From Candidatus Aminicenantes bacterium (GTDB lineage: Bacteria > Acidobacteriota > Aminicenantia > Aminicenantales > Aminicenantaceae), in assembly GCA_016783445.1 (NCBI GenBank), contig JADHWO010000004.1:11212-75211 (forward strand): a stretch of 64,000 bases of DNA, read 5' to 3'. Of this stretch, positions 10,418 through 20,824 are shown in pieces. The notes under the pieces are model-generated. The model did no database searches and was not told where the DNA came from. It worked only from the letters and a program-made list of their open reading frames with translations. The translations under genes and the position numbers were made by a program. Position 1 is the stretch's first letter; every line of letters starts with the position of its first letter.

Positions 10418-11889
10418 AAAAAATAAGAAGCCAATTAAAAAACGCCCTTCCCTTATTCCTTCTGATATTTCTATACTGGAATCCCCTTCTCTTCTCTCAG
10501 GAAAGATTTCGTAAATCTCCTCCCAATCCCGAACCGTTTACAGAACTAAGGCTTCCTGAAATAAATTATAAAACCTTCCCTAATAATGGCCTGACTTTAG
10601 CGATAATCCAAAGAGAAAATCTTCCAATCATCAGCCTTAAGGCAATCATTTTCTCAGGAGAAAGCTCCTCTCCGGAAAATCTTCCCGGGATAGCCACTCT
10701 CACGGCTAACATGATCAGCCGTGGGGTCTCTCACCTCACCTCTTCTAGAATTGAAGAAGAAATAGAATCCATAGGCGGAAGATTCTTTACCTCCATCCAT
10801 CCTGACCATTCAGTTTTTACTTTTACTTTTTTAGAAGAATATTTAGATCGAGCCCTCTCACTCCTGAGCAGAATGTTCCTCCAGCCCACGTTCTTAAGTC
10901 ACGAAATAGAGAATGTCAAAAGGTCAATGCAATACGGTATAATTCAGAATAAAACAGACCCGGAATTTCTAGCTAAAAGGCAACTCTTCCGACTTCTTTT
11001 CAGAGACCATCCTTATTACAAAGGCACCTTAAATGAGGATCTTATAAGATACTTAAACCAAAAAGATCTCATTTCTTATTTCAGAAATTATTACAGACCC
11101 AACAATGCACTTATTGTCTTAACAGGCAATCTGAATATCACGGCAACCGAAAGACTGGTAAGCCGCTATTTTTATTCCTGGCGAAAAAAAGAGCTTTTAA
11201 ACTCTCCCTTACCCCCACCTAATCCCTTCACAGAACAAAAAGTCTGCTTGATCGACCTCCCAGGAGCCAAAGATGCCACAATTTACCTTGGAAATGTTGT
11301 TTACCCTGTAACCAGCCAGGATATCTTCCCTTTAATTGCTTTAAATCAAGTCCTTGGCGGCACACCCAAAAGCCGTCTTTTTATGAATCTCAGGGAATCC
11401 AAGGGATATGCTTACTATGCTTTTAGCAATGTGGGCTCCTTTAAGAGCTGCAGCATATTCTTTGTTAATGCAAGAGTAACACCTGAAGTCACATACTCTT
11501 CTATAAACGAAATTCTTAAAGAAATCGAAGGAATCACCAAAAATAAAATACCCATCCCCGAAATTGAACAGGCCAAATCCTATTTGATCGGAAATCTCTC
11601 TCTGCAAATAGAAACTTTTGAGAATCTTTCCTCCAAGGCTTCTGAATTTAATATCCTCAACATAGAAGATGAACTCTGGAGGAAATATTATGAAAACATT
11701 ATGCTAATCGATTCAGAGAGAGTTCTTGAAACAGCCGGCAAATACCCACTTCTTACCCCAGTTATCGTAATTGTTGGAGACAGCAGCATTATCCTCGACA
11801 ATATCAGAGAGTTCGGAGAAGTGGAATTATTCAATAAAAAAGGAGTTTCTCAGGGGATTCTGCATTTGAATAAAGGAGAAAAAAAATGA
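10414..11889 (+). CDS. Second M16-family peptidase homolog (paired subunit), signal peptide, also lacking HxxEH
   Basis: 491 aa; overlaps upstream M16 gene by 4 nt (operon); M16 fold-like pattern, GIATLTANMISRGVSH at motif position. Confidence 0.6.
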   Translation: MKKIRSQLKNALPLFLLIFLYWNPLLFSQERFRKSPPNPEPFTELRLPEINYKTFPNNGLTLAIIQRENLPIISLKAIIFSGESSSPENLPGIATLTANMISRGVSHLTSSRIEEEIESIGGRFFTSIHPDHSVFTFTFLEEYLDRALSLLSRMFLQPTFLSHEIENVKRSMQYGIIQNKTDPEFLAKRQLFRLLFRDHPYYKGTLNEDLIRYLNQKDLISYFRNYYRPNNALIVLTGNLNITATERLVSRYFYSWRKKELLNSPLPPPNPFTEQKVCLIDLPGAKDATIYLGNVVYPVTSQDIFPLIALNQVLGGTPKSRLFMNLRESKGYAYYAFSNVGSFKSCSIFFVNARVTPEVTYSSINEILKEIEGITKNKIPIPEIEQAKSYLIGNLSLQIETFENLSSKASEFNILNIEDELWRKYYENIMLIDSERVLETAGKYPLLTPVIVIVGDSSIILDNIREFGEVELFNKKGVSQGILHLNKGEKK

Positions 11890-13556
11890 AACTTGTTGAA
11901 TGTGTTCCCAATTTCAGCGAAGGGCGAGACCGGGAAAAAATCAACACTATCACTATAGAGATTGAATCCACTCCCCAAGTCACGCTTCTTGACGTAGATC
12001 CCGGAGAATCAACCAACCGAACCGTTGTCACTTTTATTGGTTCTCCTGAAGGAGTGAAAGAAGCAGCGTTTAAAGCTATAAAAAAAGCAGCTGAAGTCCT
12101 GGATATGAGCAAGCACAAAGGGGCTCACAGCCGAATAGGAGCAACAGATGTCTGTCCTTTTGTTCCTGTTTCAGGAGTTACAATGGAAGATTGTATCCAG
12201 CTTGCCCACGAAGTAGGAGAAAGAGTCGGTAAAGAGCTTGGAATTCCGGTTTATCTGTATGAAGAGGCAGCCCAGAAGCCAGAGAGAAGGAATCTGGCAA
12301 ATATAAGAATAGGTGAATATGAAGGTCTTTCAGAAAAATTGAAAGACCCTGATTGGGCACCTGATTACGGCAAACCTGTTTTTAATCCAAAAGCTGGGGC
12401 CACGGTGATCGGAGCGAGAGAATTTTTAATCGCATACAACATAAATTTGAACACAAGCGACCGGAGACTCGCACAAGAAATCGCGCTTAACATAAGAGAG
12501 AGGGGGCGCGCAAAAAGAAATAAAGAAGGAAAGATAATAAGAGATGAGACAGGAAAGGCCATCAAGGTCCAGGGCAAATTCAAAGAAGTTAAGGCCGTAG
12601 GATGGTTTATTGAAGATTATGGAATTGCGCAAATCTCAATAAACTTTACAAACTATAAAATATCTCCGCCTCACATCGTATTTGATGAAGTTATAAAAGA
12701 AGCGGAAAAAATCGGATTAAGGGTTACGGGAAGTGAGCTAGTCGGCTTAATCCCTATGGAAGCTCTTCTTATGGCTGGCAGGTATTACATTGAAAAGCAG
12801 GGAAAAAGCCCGGGGGTCCCGGAAGAAGAGCTCATAAGAACAGCTGTTCTTTCTCTTGGCTTAAACGATGTTGCCCCGTTTGAGGAAAAAAAGAAAATCA
12901 TCGAATACCAGTTCAAAGAAACTGAAAACTCTTTGATTTGTCTCAATCTGCGGGAGTTTGCTAACGAACTTTCCGTGGATTCTCCTGCTCCAGGTGGAGG
13001 AAGTACAGCAGCTTTATGCGGAGCTTTATCCGCTTCTCTCTCCTCAATGGTCTCCAATTTAACAGTTGGCAAAAAAGGATATGAAACTGTCCAGAATGAT
13101 GTAAAAAAAATAGCCGTGAAAGCCCAGGCAATAAAGGATGAATTTTTAAGAGCTATAGATCTAGATGCGATAGCTTTTAACAAGCTTATGGGAGCCTCCA
13201 GGATGCCAAGGAAAACAGACGAGCAAAAACAAGAAAGGGACAAGGCCATAGAAGAAGCATCCAAAGAAGCAACTTTAGTTCCTTTTGAAGTACTGGAAAA
13301 AAGCATAAAGGCTCTAAATCTGGCTAAAGAGATTGCTCAAAAAGGGAATAAAAATTCTCTTAGCGATGCTGGAGTGGCAGGGCTTACAGCCCAGGCAGCC
13401 GCTGAAGGAGCTTATTATAATGTCAAGATAAACCTGCCAGGCATCCAGGATACTGAATTCAAATCAAAAATAAAGAGAAAAGCCACATCTTTAAAGAAAA
13501 AATCTGTAAAACTCGGGGATGAACTGAGAGAAATAATCGAGAAAGAGCTGAAATAG
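11886..13556 (+). CDS. ftcD: Bifunctional glutamate formimidoyltransferase / formimidoyltetrahydrofolate cyclodeaminase
   Basis: 556 aa; N-terminal MKLVECVPNFSEGRD is the canonical formiminotransferase start. C-terminal helical cyclodeaminase domain (ALCGALSASLSSMV). Confidence 0.85.
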   Translation: MKLVECVPNFSEGRDREKINTITIEIESTPQVTLLDVDPGESTNRTVVTFIGSPEGVKEAAFKAIKKAAEVLDMSKHKGAHSRIGATDVCPFVPVSGVTMEDCIQLAHEVGERVGKELGIPVYLYEEAAQKPERRNLANIRIGEYEGLSEKLKDPDWAPDYGKPVFNPKAGATVIGAREFLIAYNINLNTSDRRLAQEIALNIRERGRAKRNKEGKIIRDETGKAIKVQGKFKEVKAVGWFIEDYGIAQISINFTNYKISPPHIVFDEVIKEAEKIGLRVTGSELVGLIPMEALLMAGRYYIEKQGKSPGVPEEELIRTAVLSLGLNDVAPFEEKKKIIEYQFKETENSLICLNLREFANELSVDSPAPGGGSTAALCGALSASLSSMVSNLTVGKKGYETVQNDVKKIAVKAQAIKDEFLRAIDLDAIAFNKLMGASRMPRKTDEQKQERDKAIEEASKEATLVPFEVLEKSIKALNLAKEIAQKGNKNSLSDAGVAGLTAQAAAEGAYYNVKINLPGIQDTEFKSKIKRKATSLKKKSVKLGDELREIIEKELK

Positions 13557-13559
13557 CTT

Positions 13560-14084
13560 TTGAGTAATTTATTGATTACCGGCCCTCCCCGCTGCGGGAA
13601 AACAACCCTGATAAAAAAAATCAGCCAGGATGTTTCTCTCTCAAATAAAGTGGGAGGCTTTATAACCGAGGAATTAAGAGAAAAGGGAGAAAGAGTCGGC
13701 TTCAAAATTACTTCTCTTCCTGATAACAAAGAAGGTATCCTGGCCAGGAAAGATTTTTCTTCTCCTTATCGGGTTGGAAGTTACGGTGTGAACACAAAAG
13801 ACCTGGAAAATATCGGTTGCTCTGCCATCTCAGAAGCCCTGTATTCTGAAAAGATCATCCTTGTGGATGAAATCGGCAAAATGGAGCTATTCTCAAAGAT
13901 ATTTAAGAATATACTTGCCCATGCTTTAGACTCGCCTCAAAAAATGCTGGCTACAATCATGGAACGAAGAAATGAATTTGTTGACAGGATTAAAAATAGA
14001 AAAGATGCAAAACTTGTTCATCTCTCTCGTAACAATTTTAACAATGTATTTACAGAGATTCTGAACTGGTTCAAAATGCCTTAA
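13560..14084 (+). CDS. P-loop NTPase of the THEP1/MJ1559 (COG1618) family
   Basis: 174 aa, TTG start; Walker A GPPRCGKTT and Walker B ILVDEIGKME. Confidence 0.65.
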   Translation: MSNLLITGPPRCGKTTLIKKISQDVSLSNKVGGFITEELREKGERVGFKITSLPDNKEGILARKDFSSPYRVGSYGVNTKDLENIGCSAISEALYSEKIILVDEIGKMELFSKIFKNILAHALDSPQKMLATIMERRNEFVDRIKNRKDAKLVHLSRNNFNNVFTEILNWFKMP

Positions 14085-14093
14085 AAAAATGAG

Positions 14094-14633
14094 ATGAAAT
14101 CAATGAAAGAATATACAATAAAAAAAAGAAAAATTAAGCTTGTAGAGGGGAATATTGTTCTCCTAAATGTTGAAGCTATGGTCAATGCTGCAAATAAAAA
14201 TTTAATCTTAGGAGGCGGTGTTGCAGGAGCAATCCGGAATTACGGCGGGCCTTCTATCCAGGAAGAATGTAACAAAATTGGGCCTATAGAAGTGGGAGAA
14301 GCCGTATTAACAAACGCAGGAAACCTCAAGGCCAAATACGTCATCCATGCTGCTGGCCCTGTTTACGGCGAAGGGCAGGAAGAGGAGAAATTGCTCAATG
14401 CAACTCTGAACAGCCTTAAAATAGCAGAAAAAAATAAAATAAAAAACATGGCTTTCCCTGCCATCAGCTCAGGTATATTCGGCTTCCCCATACAGCAGTG
14501 CAGTGAAATTATGCTCAAAGCTGCCATGGAGTTTCAGGAAAATAATGAATATCCTCAAGAGATAATATTTTGTCTTTTTGGACAGGAAGCCTATTCTGTA
14601 TTCGAAAAGACTCTGGAAAAACTAACCTTGTAG
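14094..14633 (+). CDS. Macro-domain protein (ADP-ribose / O-acetyl-ADP-ribose binding or deacetylase)
   Basis: 179 aa; NAANKNLILGGGVAGAI and HAAGPVY motifs of macro domains. Confidence 0.8.
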   Translation: MKSMKEYTIKKRKIKLVEGNIVLLNVEAMVNAANKNLILGGGVAGAIRNYGGPSIQEECNKIGPIEVGEAVLTNAGNLKAKYVIHAAGPVYGEGQEEEKLLNATLNSLKIAEKNKIKNMAFPAISSGIFGFPIQQCSEIMLKAAMEFQENNEYPQEIIFCLFGQEAYSVFEKTLEKLTL

Positions 14634-14655
14634 GATTTTCTTAAAGAATTTTATT

Positions 14656-15276
14656 CTATTTTTCCCTCGTTTCTTTTACCGGAACAAATAAAAGAGGAAA
14701 TATTATATCACTCAGACAACAAGGAACCCAAACTGCTAGGAATAAAAACAAAAAAATGGGGAAAATTATAATCAAACTTACTGTTTGTCCTATAGCCATA
14801 AGGATATGGAATAAGGATGCCCAGGTGCTGAGTAACACATGTCCAGAATGAGAGAATTTAGTTTTTGGCACTAAAAGAGCTATTAATATACCCAAAAATG
14901 CTGCGCCATTTATTATCAATGGTTCTTCAATAAGGCCAATATGAATTCCTTTATTAGGCAGATTAAGTAACAACTCGCCCAAATATGGAATTAAAGAATC
15001 ACTTAAAGTAGCAATCACAATCGAGCCAGTGTAACCAATTATAATTCCCCATAATAATTTAAAATCCGTCCTATTGAGTTTATACATTGCTGTGGTCGCT
15101 ATTGCACTTAGGACTACATGGGCCGGATGTAAGATGTAAAAAATAATTGAAGAAACCCTGGAAACCTGGGAAAGGACATTAAAAAGAATTATAACAACAA
15201 TTAAAACTATCCCTGTGATCGCTCCAAAAGCGGTGAATGGTGCATGATTTTTAAGTTCCCTAAGTATCTGCCTCAT
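14656..15276 (-). CDS. Hypothetical polytopic membrane protein
   Basis: 206 aa with about 6 hydrophobic spans; no recognisable catalytic motif. Confidence 0.45.
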   Translation of the reverse strand: MRQILRELKNHAPFTAFGAITGIVLIVVIILFNVLSQVSRVSSIIFYILHPAHVVLSAIATTAMYKLNRTDFKLLWGIIIGYTGSIVIATLSDSLIPYLGELLLNLPNKGIHIGLIEEPLIINGAAFLGILIALLVPKTKFSHSGHVLLSTWASLFHILMAIGQTVSLIIIFPIFLFLFLAVWVPCCLSDIIFPLLFVPVKETREK

Positions 15277-15458
15277 TTTTTTACCTTCTAATTAATTTTA
15301 AAACATTTTTAGTATCTCTTGTAAGGGCTTTTGTTTCAACTGATAATTCTTATAATATAAAAAAACGGCTAAAACAATCTTTTTTCCCAAAAGCCCAAAT
15401 TGATGAGAAAAAAGCTTTTTGATCATTCTAAAGGGTAAAGCCTTTCCTTCCACTCGAA

Positions 15459-18038
15459 TTATTTTCCAAATTGAATAATAACTTCTTTTCTCATATACCC
15501 TTCTTCATTCCTTTTAAAACGAATTTTTATCTTTTTCTCTAACTTCTCTGCCTCTTCCATTGTGGCTTCAACAACGGAGTGTACCAGCCTTGTTGTTAAC
15601 AGGCTCAAGCTGTATTCTTTCCCCCCTAATCCTTCAACAAGAATTCCTAGTTGATTGTTCTTATATTGAGCTCTTATTATCTTCAATCCCGTAGTTTTAT
15701 CGCCGATCTGAGGAAAAAAAGGAGGCAAATGGATAAAAATACTTTTTTCTGTCAATATTTCTATACGTGTATTCCCTTTAATCTCACAATCCAGCACAGC
15801 GCGAACTTCTCCGCTGTTCTCCTCTATCAGGAAATCTTTCTCTTTTCCATTGACTTTTACAGCCTTTACTTGGGCTCCATAACCCAGAGAAGGACAGAAA
15901 AAAATACGATACGGAACAAAAGCTTCAGAGTCGATCTGGCAAATCAATTTTTTCTCTGACTGTAATAAATTAAAATGGAAAATATCTTTTCCAATACGAA
16001 AATTTCTGACTTTAACTCTATCCCAGTTTCCGGGAAGGCTCGGCCTGAATTTAATTTCACTCTTCAGGGCATTTCCCCCTAATCCTAAAAGCCCTCTCAC
16101 CAGGCAAGTAATAACAGGAGAAGAAGAAAAAATCTGATGTGGAACTGATGCTTCGATCGGCTTAAAAAACTCCCCTGAAAAAAGCTCAGGACAAAATCCC
16201 AAAGCATCGATAAAAGTGTTAAAAGCCAGACTCATAAGGTGAGAATAACCGGCAAGAGAGCGGCCGTAGTTATACTCTGAAAGACACGCATAACCGGTCA
16301 GAAATGGCCAGACAGTTCCGTAGTTATAATTTAAAGGGTCATAATACGAGCTTTTAGGAGAAAGAGACCTAACGCCCCAGTCAGTGCTCATCTCAGAAGA
16401 AGCAAAAAGATCCAGGATATAATTGGCTCTTTCCTGAGGAAACTGTCTGAAAAAAAGAGGCATGAAGGGCCAAACTGTGGTTTCAGTAAGCGGTTTATCC
16501 TCTACGGTCAAAGCATGAGCATATTTTTTTTCTGCCTCCACCCAGAATTTGTCACGAAGTGTTTCCAAAGCTTTAGTATACGTTTTTTCTGCACCGCGGG
16601 AGAGTTTTTTTTCTCCCATAAGGTTCGCAAGCTCTGACAAGACCCTGTGAGCCTCTACAGATAAGGCTGCTAAATAAATATCCGATTTTGTCTTTTTCAG
16701 AAAAGCTCCTAGCTCCAGAGCAGCTAATCCCGCCACAGTATTTTCCATAAGGCCATCTCCATCTGTATCGGAAGAAAGAACGTACTTGTATGCTTTTTTT
16801 ATGGAAGGCCAGCTTTCCTTTATGAATTCTAAATCACCGGACCATTTGAGATAGTCATTTAAAGAAATGATATAATAGGGAGATGTCTCAGCATGGTAAA
16901 ATCCGTAAGGATATTTTTCAAACCAGGGAATAAACGCAGCACCCTGGGAGAGCTCATGCATGATTTTCCCATCCTCACGCTGATTCTTCCTTATGAAGGC
17001 TAAGCCCTGCCGCGTCACATCAAAATAGCCGTAACTGTTTATAGCCCAGGAATTGAAAAATGTATCCCCGCCAAAGAACCAGGCAAAACCAGGTCTTTCA
17101 CTTCTACCGGAAAGACCATATCCCGCCACAAGCCCGCATCCCAGTTGAGGGTTGCAGACAAAGGCTTTATCCACGGCCACTTTGGCCCACTGGAATGCTT
17201 GATTCAAACTCCTGTCCGGGGTTTGAACTGAGAGATACTCCTTTACCAAACTTTCATAATGATCGAATGTTCCTGAATAAAGCTCTTCAAAATCCCTTCC
17301 CAGCCGAGAATAAATATTTTCTGCTCTTCTTCTTCCGTCAAAACTTGCTGAAATAAATATGGGGATAAAAACCTGTTTTGAAACCTTTGGGTCCACATGA
17401 ATTTTCATCTTCATGTCTCCTTCAGGAAGGGCATGCGCCGGCCCTGAAGAAAACCTTTCACCTCCTGGACTTCCCACCAGAGCCACATTTTTTCCTGTGC
17501 CCTCGGAGATAACAAAATATTTTTTTCCACTATCCCAGTAACTGTACTGCCCGCCTAGCCCTGCAGGCCACATTGGTTTCAAATCAGGTGTGAAGCTCGC
17601 AATAATAGATAGAGGCTTGATGGACTCAACAGATAATAAGATCACAACTCCGGACTCTCTTAAGGGAGAGAAAAAAGTTTCTTTTACCGTAAAGGAAGAA
17701 TGAACATAGCGAAGAGTGGTCTGATGGGGATAAACATCTATTCTGTTTACTACCTCTCGTCCATCTACGATTTTATTATCTTCTTCAATTAAAAAATATA
17801 GTTGAAAATTGTGAAGGACTTTATATGGGTAGATCCAGATCTCTGTATTTCCATCCTCAGTACCCAAAACAGCACTCTTCTGGCCAAGGCTTTCAAAATA
17901 TCGGCCCGGTTGGACAGTACGGGCCAGGTGGAGCTCTCCGGTTTTAAGGGAAAATTTTTCAGGAAAATCTGCTTCACTTCCCCCAGCAGAGAAAAAATGA
18001 AAGAAGAGAATCCAAAAAAACAGCAATACTTTTTTCAT
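15459..18038 (-). CDS. Secreted putative glycoside hydrolase (six-hairpin (alpha/alpha)6-barrel glycosidase-like, glycogen-debranching / GH63-like)
   Basis: 859 aa; signal peptide; long beta-rich N-terminal half then an alpha-helical region with conserved acidic/aromatic clusters (GGDTFFNSWAI, DTDGDGLMEN). Translationally coupled to the upstream galK (4-nt overlap). Family assignment is uncertain. Confidence 0.5.
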   Translation of the reverse strand: MKKVLLFFWILFFHFFSAGGSEADFPEKFSLKTGELHLARTVQPGRYFESLGQKSAVLGTEDGNTEIWIYPYKVLHNFQLYFLIEEDNKIVDGREVVNRIDVYPHQTTLRYVHSSFTVKETFFSPLRESGVVILLSVESIKPLSIIASFTPDLKPMWPAGLGGQYSYWDSGKKYFVISEGTGKNVALVGSPGGERFSSGPAHALPEGDMKMKIHVDPKVSKQVFIPIFISASFDGRRRAENIYSRLGRDFEELYSGTFDHYESLVKEYLSVQTPDRSLNQAFQWAKVAVDKAFVCNPQLGCGLVAGYGLSGRSERPGFAWFFGGDTFFNSWAINSYGYFDVTRQGLAFIRKNQREDGKIMHELSQGAAFIPWFEKYPYGFYHAETSPYYIISLNDYLKWSGDLEFIKESWPSIKKAYKYVLSSDTDGDGLMENTVAGLAALELGAFLKKTKSDIYLAALSVEAHRVLSELANLMGEKKLSRGAEKTYTKALETLRDKFWVEAEKKYAHALTVEDKPLTETTVWPFMPLFFRQFPQERANYILDLFASSEMSTDWGVRSLSPKSSYYDPLNYNYGTVWPFLTGYACLSEYNYGRSLAGYSHLMSLAFNTFIDALGFCPELFSGEFFKPIEASVPHQIFSSSPVITCLVRGLLGLGGNALKSEIKFRPSLPGNWDRVKVRNFRIGKDIFHFNLLQSEKKLICQIDSEAFVPYRIFFCPSLGYGAQVKAVKVNGKEKDFLIEENSGEVRAVLDCEIKGNTRIEILTEKSIFIHLPPFFPQIGDKTTGLKIIRAQYKNNQLGILVEGLGGKEYSLSLLTTRLVHSVVEATMEEAEKLEKKIKIRFKRNEEGYMRKEVIIQFGK

Positions 18039-19210
18039 TCTTTTCCCTCCTTATTCAGGAAATTTGCACGCGCACCTTCTCTGATGTTTACCTCATAGAA
18101 TCCGGGCCGGACAAATCCTCTTTTTCCCGCTTCTTTAAGAAGTATATTTTTGAAAGCATCTGATTTCTCTTTTTTAATAAGGGCAATCCCTGAGCCTCCA
18201 AATCCAGCCCCTGTAAGACGGGCTCCTAAACAGCCGGAAAACTCCTGAGCTGAATCATAAAGCAAGTCAAGCTCTGGACAGGAAACCTCATAATTATCTC
18301 TTAAGCTCTTATGAGATTGGGAAATAAGCTGGCCCAGCATGAGAAAATCACTTTTCTTTATCGCCTCAACAGCCTTCTTTACCCTATTGTTCTCGCTAAT
18401 AACATGCCTGGCTCTCTTCAAAAGGACTTTATTGATTTTGTCTTTTCTCTCCTCAAGCACACTCAACGTAGCATCTTTATAACTATAAATCCCGTATTTT
18501 TTTAGAAGCTCAAGAGCACGAGAAGATTCCAGGCACCTCTTATTGTATTCTGAAGAGGACAATTCCCGACGGACGCCACTGTCAAAGACAAGGATTTGGA
18601 GCCCAGCTTTTTCCAGGTCGAGCGGAATGAGCTGATATTTAAGTATCTCACAATCCAAAAATAAAGCCTTGTTTTTCTGGCCAAAAATTGAAATAAACTG
18701 GTCCATAAGGCCGCACTTCACACCGACAAAATCGTTCTCTGCCCTGCGCGCAATCTCAGCCATCCGTTTGGGTTCAAGATCTAGCTTAAAAAGTGTGTTT
18801 AAACCCTGGACAATACTCACCTCAAGAGCCGCAGAAGAACTAAGCCCAGCCTCCAGAGGAATATCCCCCCATACAAGGCCATTTATTCCCTGAAGGTTAA
18901 AACCTTCTTCCTCCAGCGCCCAGAAAACACCCTTAACATAATTGACCCATTTATTCTGTTCTGAGTAACAGATTTTTTGGAGAGAAAACGTATCCTTCTT
19001 CTTAAAATTTTCTGCCCAGAGATAAACTTTTTTATCACTCCTTCTGGAGAGGAAAAAACAACTCCGGAGATCAATCGCCGCAGGCAAAACATAACCCAAA
19101 TTGTAATCGGTGTGCTCACCAATGATATTTATCCGCCCTGGTGCAGAAGAGAAAACTTCTGGATATGAATTGAAGATATCTTGAAAAACAAGGCCCAATG
19201 ATTTTTTCAT
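18035..19210 (-). CDS. galK: Galactokinase (GHMP kinase family)
   Basis: GalK signature PGRINIIGEHTDYNLGYVLPAAID near the N-terminus, GHMP ATP-binding motif. Start placed at MKKSLG (19210) rather than the upstream in-frame Met at 19270. Confidence 0.85.
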   Translation of the reverse strand: MKKSLGLVFQDIFNSYPEVFSSAPGRINIIGEHTDYNLGYVLPAAIDLRSCFFLSRRSDKKVYLWAENFKKKDTFSLQKICYSEQNKWVNYVKGVFWALEEEGFNLQGINGLVWGDIPLEAGLSSSAALEVSIVQGLNTLFKLDLEPKRMAEIARRAENDFVGVKCGLMDQFISIFGQKNKALFLDCEILKYQLIPLDLEKAGLQILVFDSGVRRELSSSEYNKRCLESSRALELLKKYGIYSYKDATLSVLEERKDKINKVLLKRARHVISENNRVKKAVEAIKKSDFLMLGQLISQSHKSLRDNYEVSCPELDLLYDSAQEFSGCLGARLTGAGFGGSGIALIKKEKSDAFKNILLKEAGKRGFVRPGFYEVNIREGARANFLNKEGKE

Positions 19211-19367
19211 AAGGAGGTATATGAATTTTAAAGAAAACAAAAAAGAAAAGTCAAATGTAAAAATCAGCAATGAGAAGATTTAACAATTCTCTTGAATCTG
19301 TATAATTTTTATGTCATTATTCCACCTAATTTTTTAATAATATCTTTTATGTACCAGGAGGAATAAT

Positions 19368-20822
19368 ATGTCATTTATCTTTGAAGGATTCAAACCACTT
19401 CTTCTCTGGAAGCATTTTGAGCAAATCATGAAAATCCCTCACTGTTCAGGAAACGAGACGGGCCTGGGCGATTATATTATATCAGAGGCAAAACGTCTGG
19501 ATCTGGTTTGGAAAAGGGATAAAGTCGGAAATGTTATTGTTGCAAAAAAAGCATCTCCAGGTCACGAAAATGCGGAAACAATTATTTTCCAGGGACATAT
19601 GGATATGGTCGGTGAAAAAAACTCTGATGTTGCTCACGATTTTGCCAAAGATGCTATACAAGCTGAAGTCCAAGGAGAATGGGTTCAAGCTAAAGGAACC
19701 ACTCTTGGCTCAGACAACGGGATAGGCGTAGCCGCCTCCCTTGCCATTATGGAAGAAAACAGCTTAAAACACGGCCCCCTGGAATTCCTTTTTACTGTGG
19801 ATGAAGAGACAGGCCTCACCGGTGCTACTAAAATAGGACCTGGTTTTCTAACAGGAAAAAAACTCCTCAATCTGGACAGCGAAGATGAAGGAGCCTTTAC
19901 AATTGGCTGTGCTGGCGGAGCTGATTCAGAAATCACCTATCAATTAAAGAGGCAGACAAGTAAAGGCGGCGAGCTCTACAGGCTCAAAGTTTTCGGTTTT
20001 AGAGGTGGACATTCAGGGATTGATATCGACCAGGGGCGTGGAAATGCAATAAAACTCCTTACCCGTTTGTTATGGCAGACCAAAAAAGAATTCCCATTTG
20101 AATTAGTAATAATAGAAGGCGGGAATAAAAGAAATGCTATCGCAAGAGAAGCATGGGCTGATGTTCTCCTTGACCCTGCCCAGAGTCAGGAGTTTTCCTC
20201 TTCCCTACAAAAAGCTTTTGAAAAAATAATAATTGAATATAAAACCATAGAGAAAGACGCAAACTTCTCTTTTGAAAAATCAGAAGAGGAAAAAGAAGAT
20301 CCCTTGACTGACGAATCCCAGAAGGTTCTTATAAACCTCCTCTTTACTCTCCCCCACGGAGTGATTGCCAAACACCCTGAAATGAAAGACCTTGTAGAAA
20401 CCTCTACCAATATGGCAATTGTTAAAACTTTTCAAGACCATGCCCAGATTATCTGCAGCAGCCGGAGCTCTGTGGCATCAGCCCTGGAAGCAACACGAAA
20501 TTCGATCGAAGCTATATGTGAACTTGCCGGAGCAGACATTGTGCAACCTGATGGCTATCCTGGCTGGGCTCCCAACCTTCAGTCCTCTCTCCTTAAGATT
20601 TTTAAAGAATTATACCAGAGAACATTTCAAAAAGAGCCAGAAGTTGCTGCTGTTCATGCAGGCCTTGAATGTGGAATTATAGGAGAAAAATTTCCAGGCA
20701 TGGATATGATTTCTTTTGGGCCCACTATTGAACATCCTCATTCTCCGGAAGAAAGGGTTCACATAGGATCTGTAGAAAAATTCTGGACTTTTTTAACCGC
20801 TGTACTCGCTGAGCTGGCCTAG
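19368..20822 (+). CDS. pepD: Aminoacyl-histidine dipeptidase (Xaa-His dipeptidase, M20 family)
   Basis: 484 aa; N-terminal LWKHFEQIMKIPHCSGNE and HMDMV metal-binding motifs characteristic of PepD. Confidence 0.85.
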   Translation: MSFIFEGFKPLLLWKHFEQIMKIPHCSGNETGLGDYIISEAKRLDLVWKRDKVGNVIVAKKASPGHENAETIIFQGHMDMVGEKNSDVAHDFAKDAIQAEVQGEWVQAKGTTLGSDNGIGVAASLAIMEENSLKHGPLEFLFTVDEETGLTGATKIGPGFLTGKKLLNLDSEDEGAFTIGCAGGADSEITYQLKRQTSKGGELYRLKVFGFRGGHSGIDIDQGRGNAIKLLTRLLWQTKKEFPFELVIIEGGNKRNAIAREAWADVLLDPAQSQEFSSSLQKAFEKIIIEYKTIEKDANFSFEKSEEEKEDPLTDESQKVLINLLFTLPHGVIAKHPEMKDLVETSTNMAIVKTFQDHAQIICSSRSSVASALEATRNSIEAICELAGADIVQPDGYPGWAPNLQSSLLKIFKELYQRTFQKEPEVAAVHAGLECGIIGEKFPGMDMISFGPTIEHPHSPEERVHIGSVEKFWTFLTAVLAELA

Positions 20823-20824
20823 GC

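Noticed and set aside
13560-14633. P-loop NTPase plus macro-domain gene pair considered as a possible DarT/DarG-like toxin-antitoxin or defence module
   Set aside because: The NTPase has THEP1/MJ1559-type Walker motifs rather than any ADP-ribosyltransferase (DarT/DUF4433) features. The two genes are embedded in a housekeeping operon (ftcD upstream). No support for a defence system.
19221-19283. 20-codon plus-strand ORF (MNFKENKKEKSNVKISNEKI) with a perfect AAGGAGGT Shine-Dalgarno, antisense to the galK start region
   Set aside because: It is very short, lysine-rich and low-complexity. There is no conservation evidence available, and the SD-like sequence may be coincidental in an AT-rich intergenic-like context. 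Noted only as a possible small ORF.
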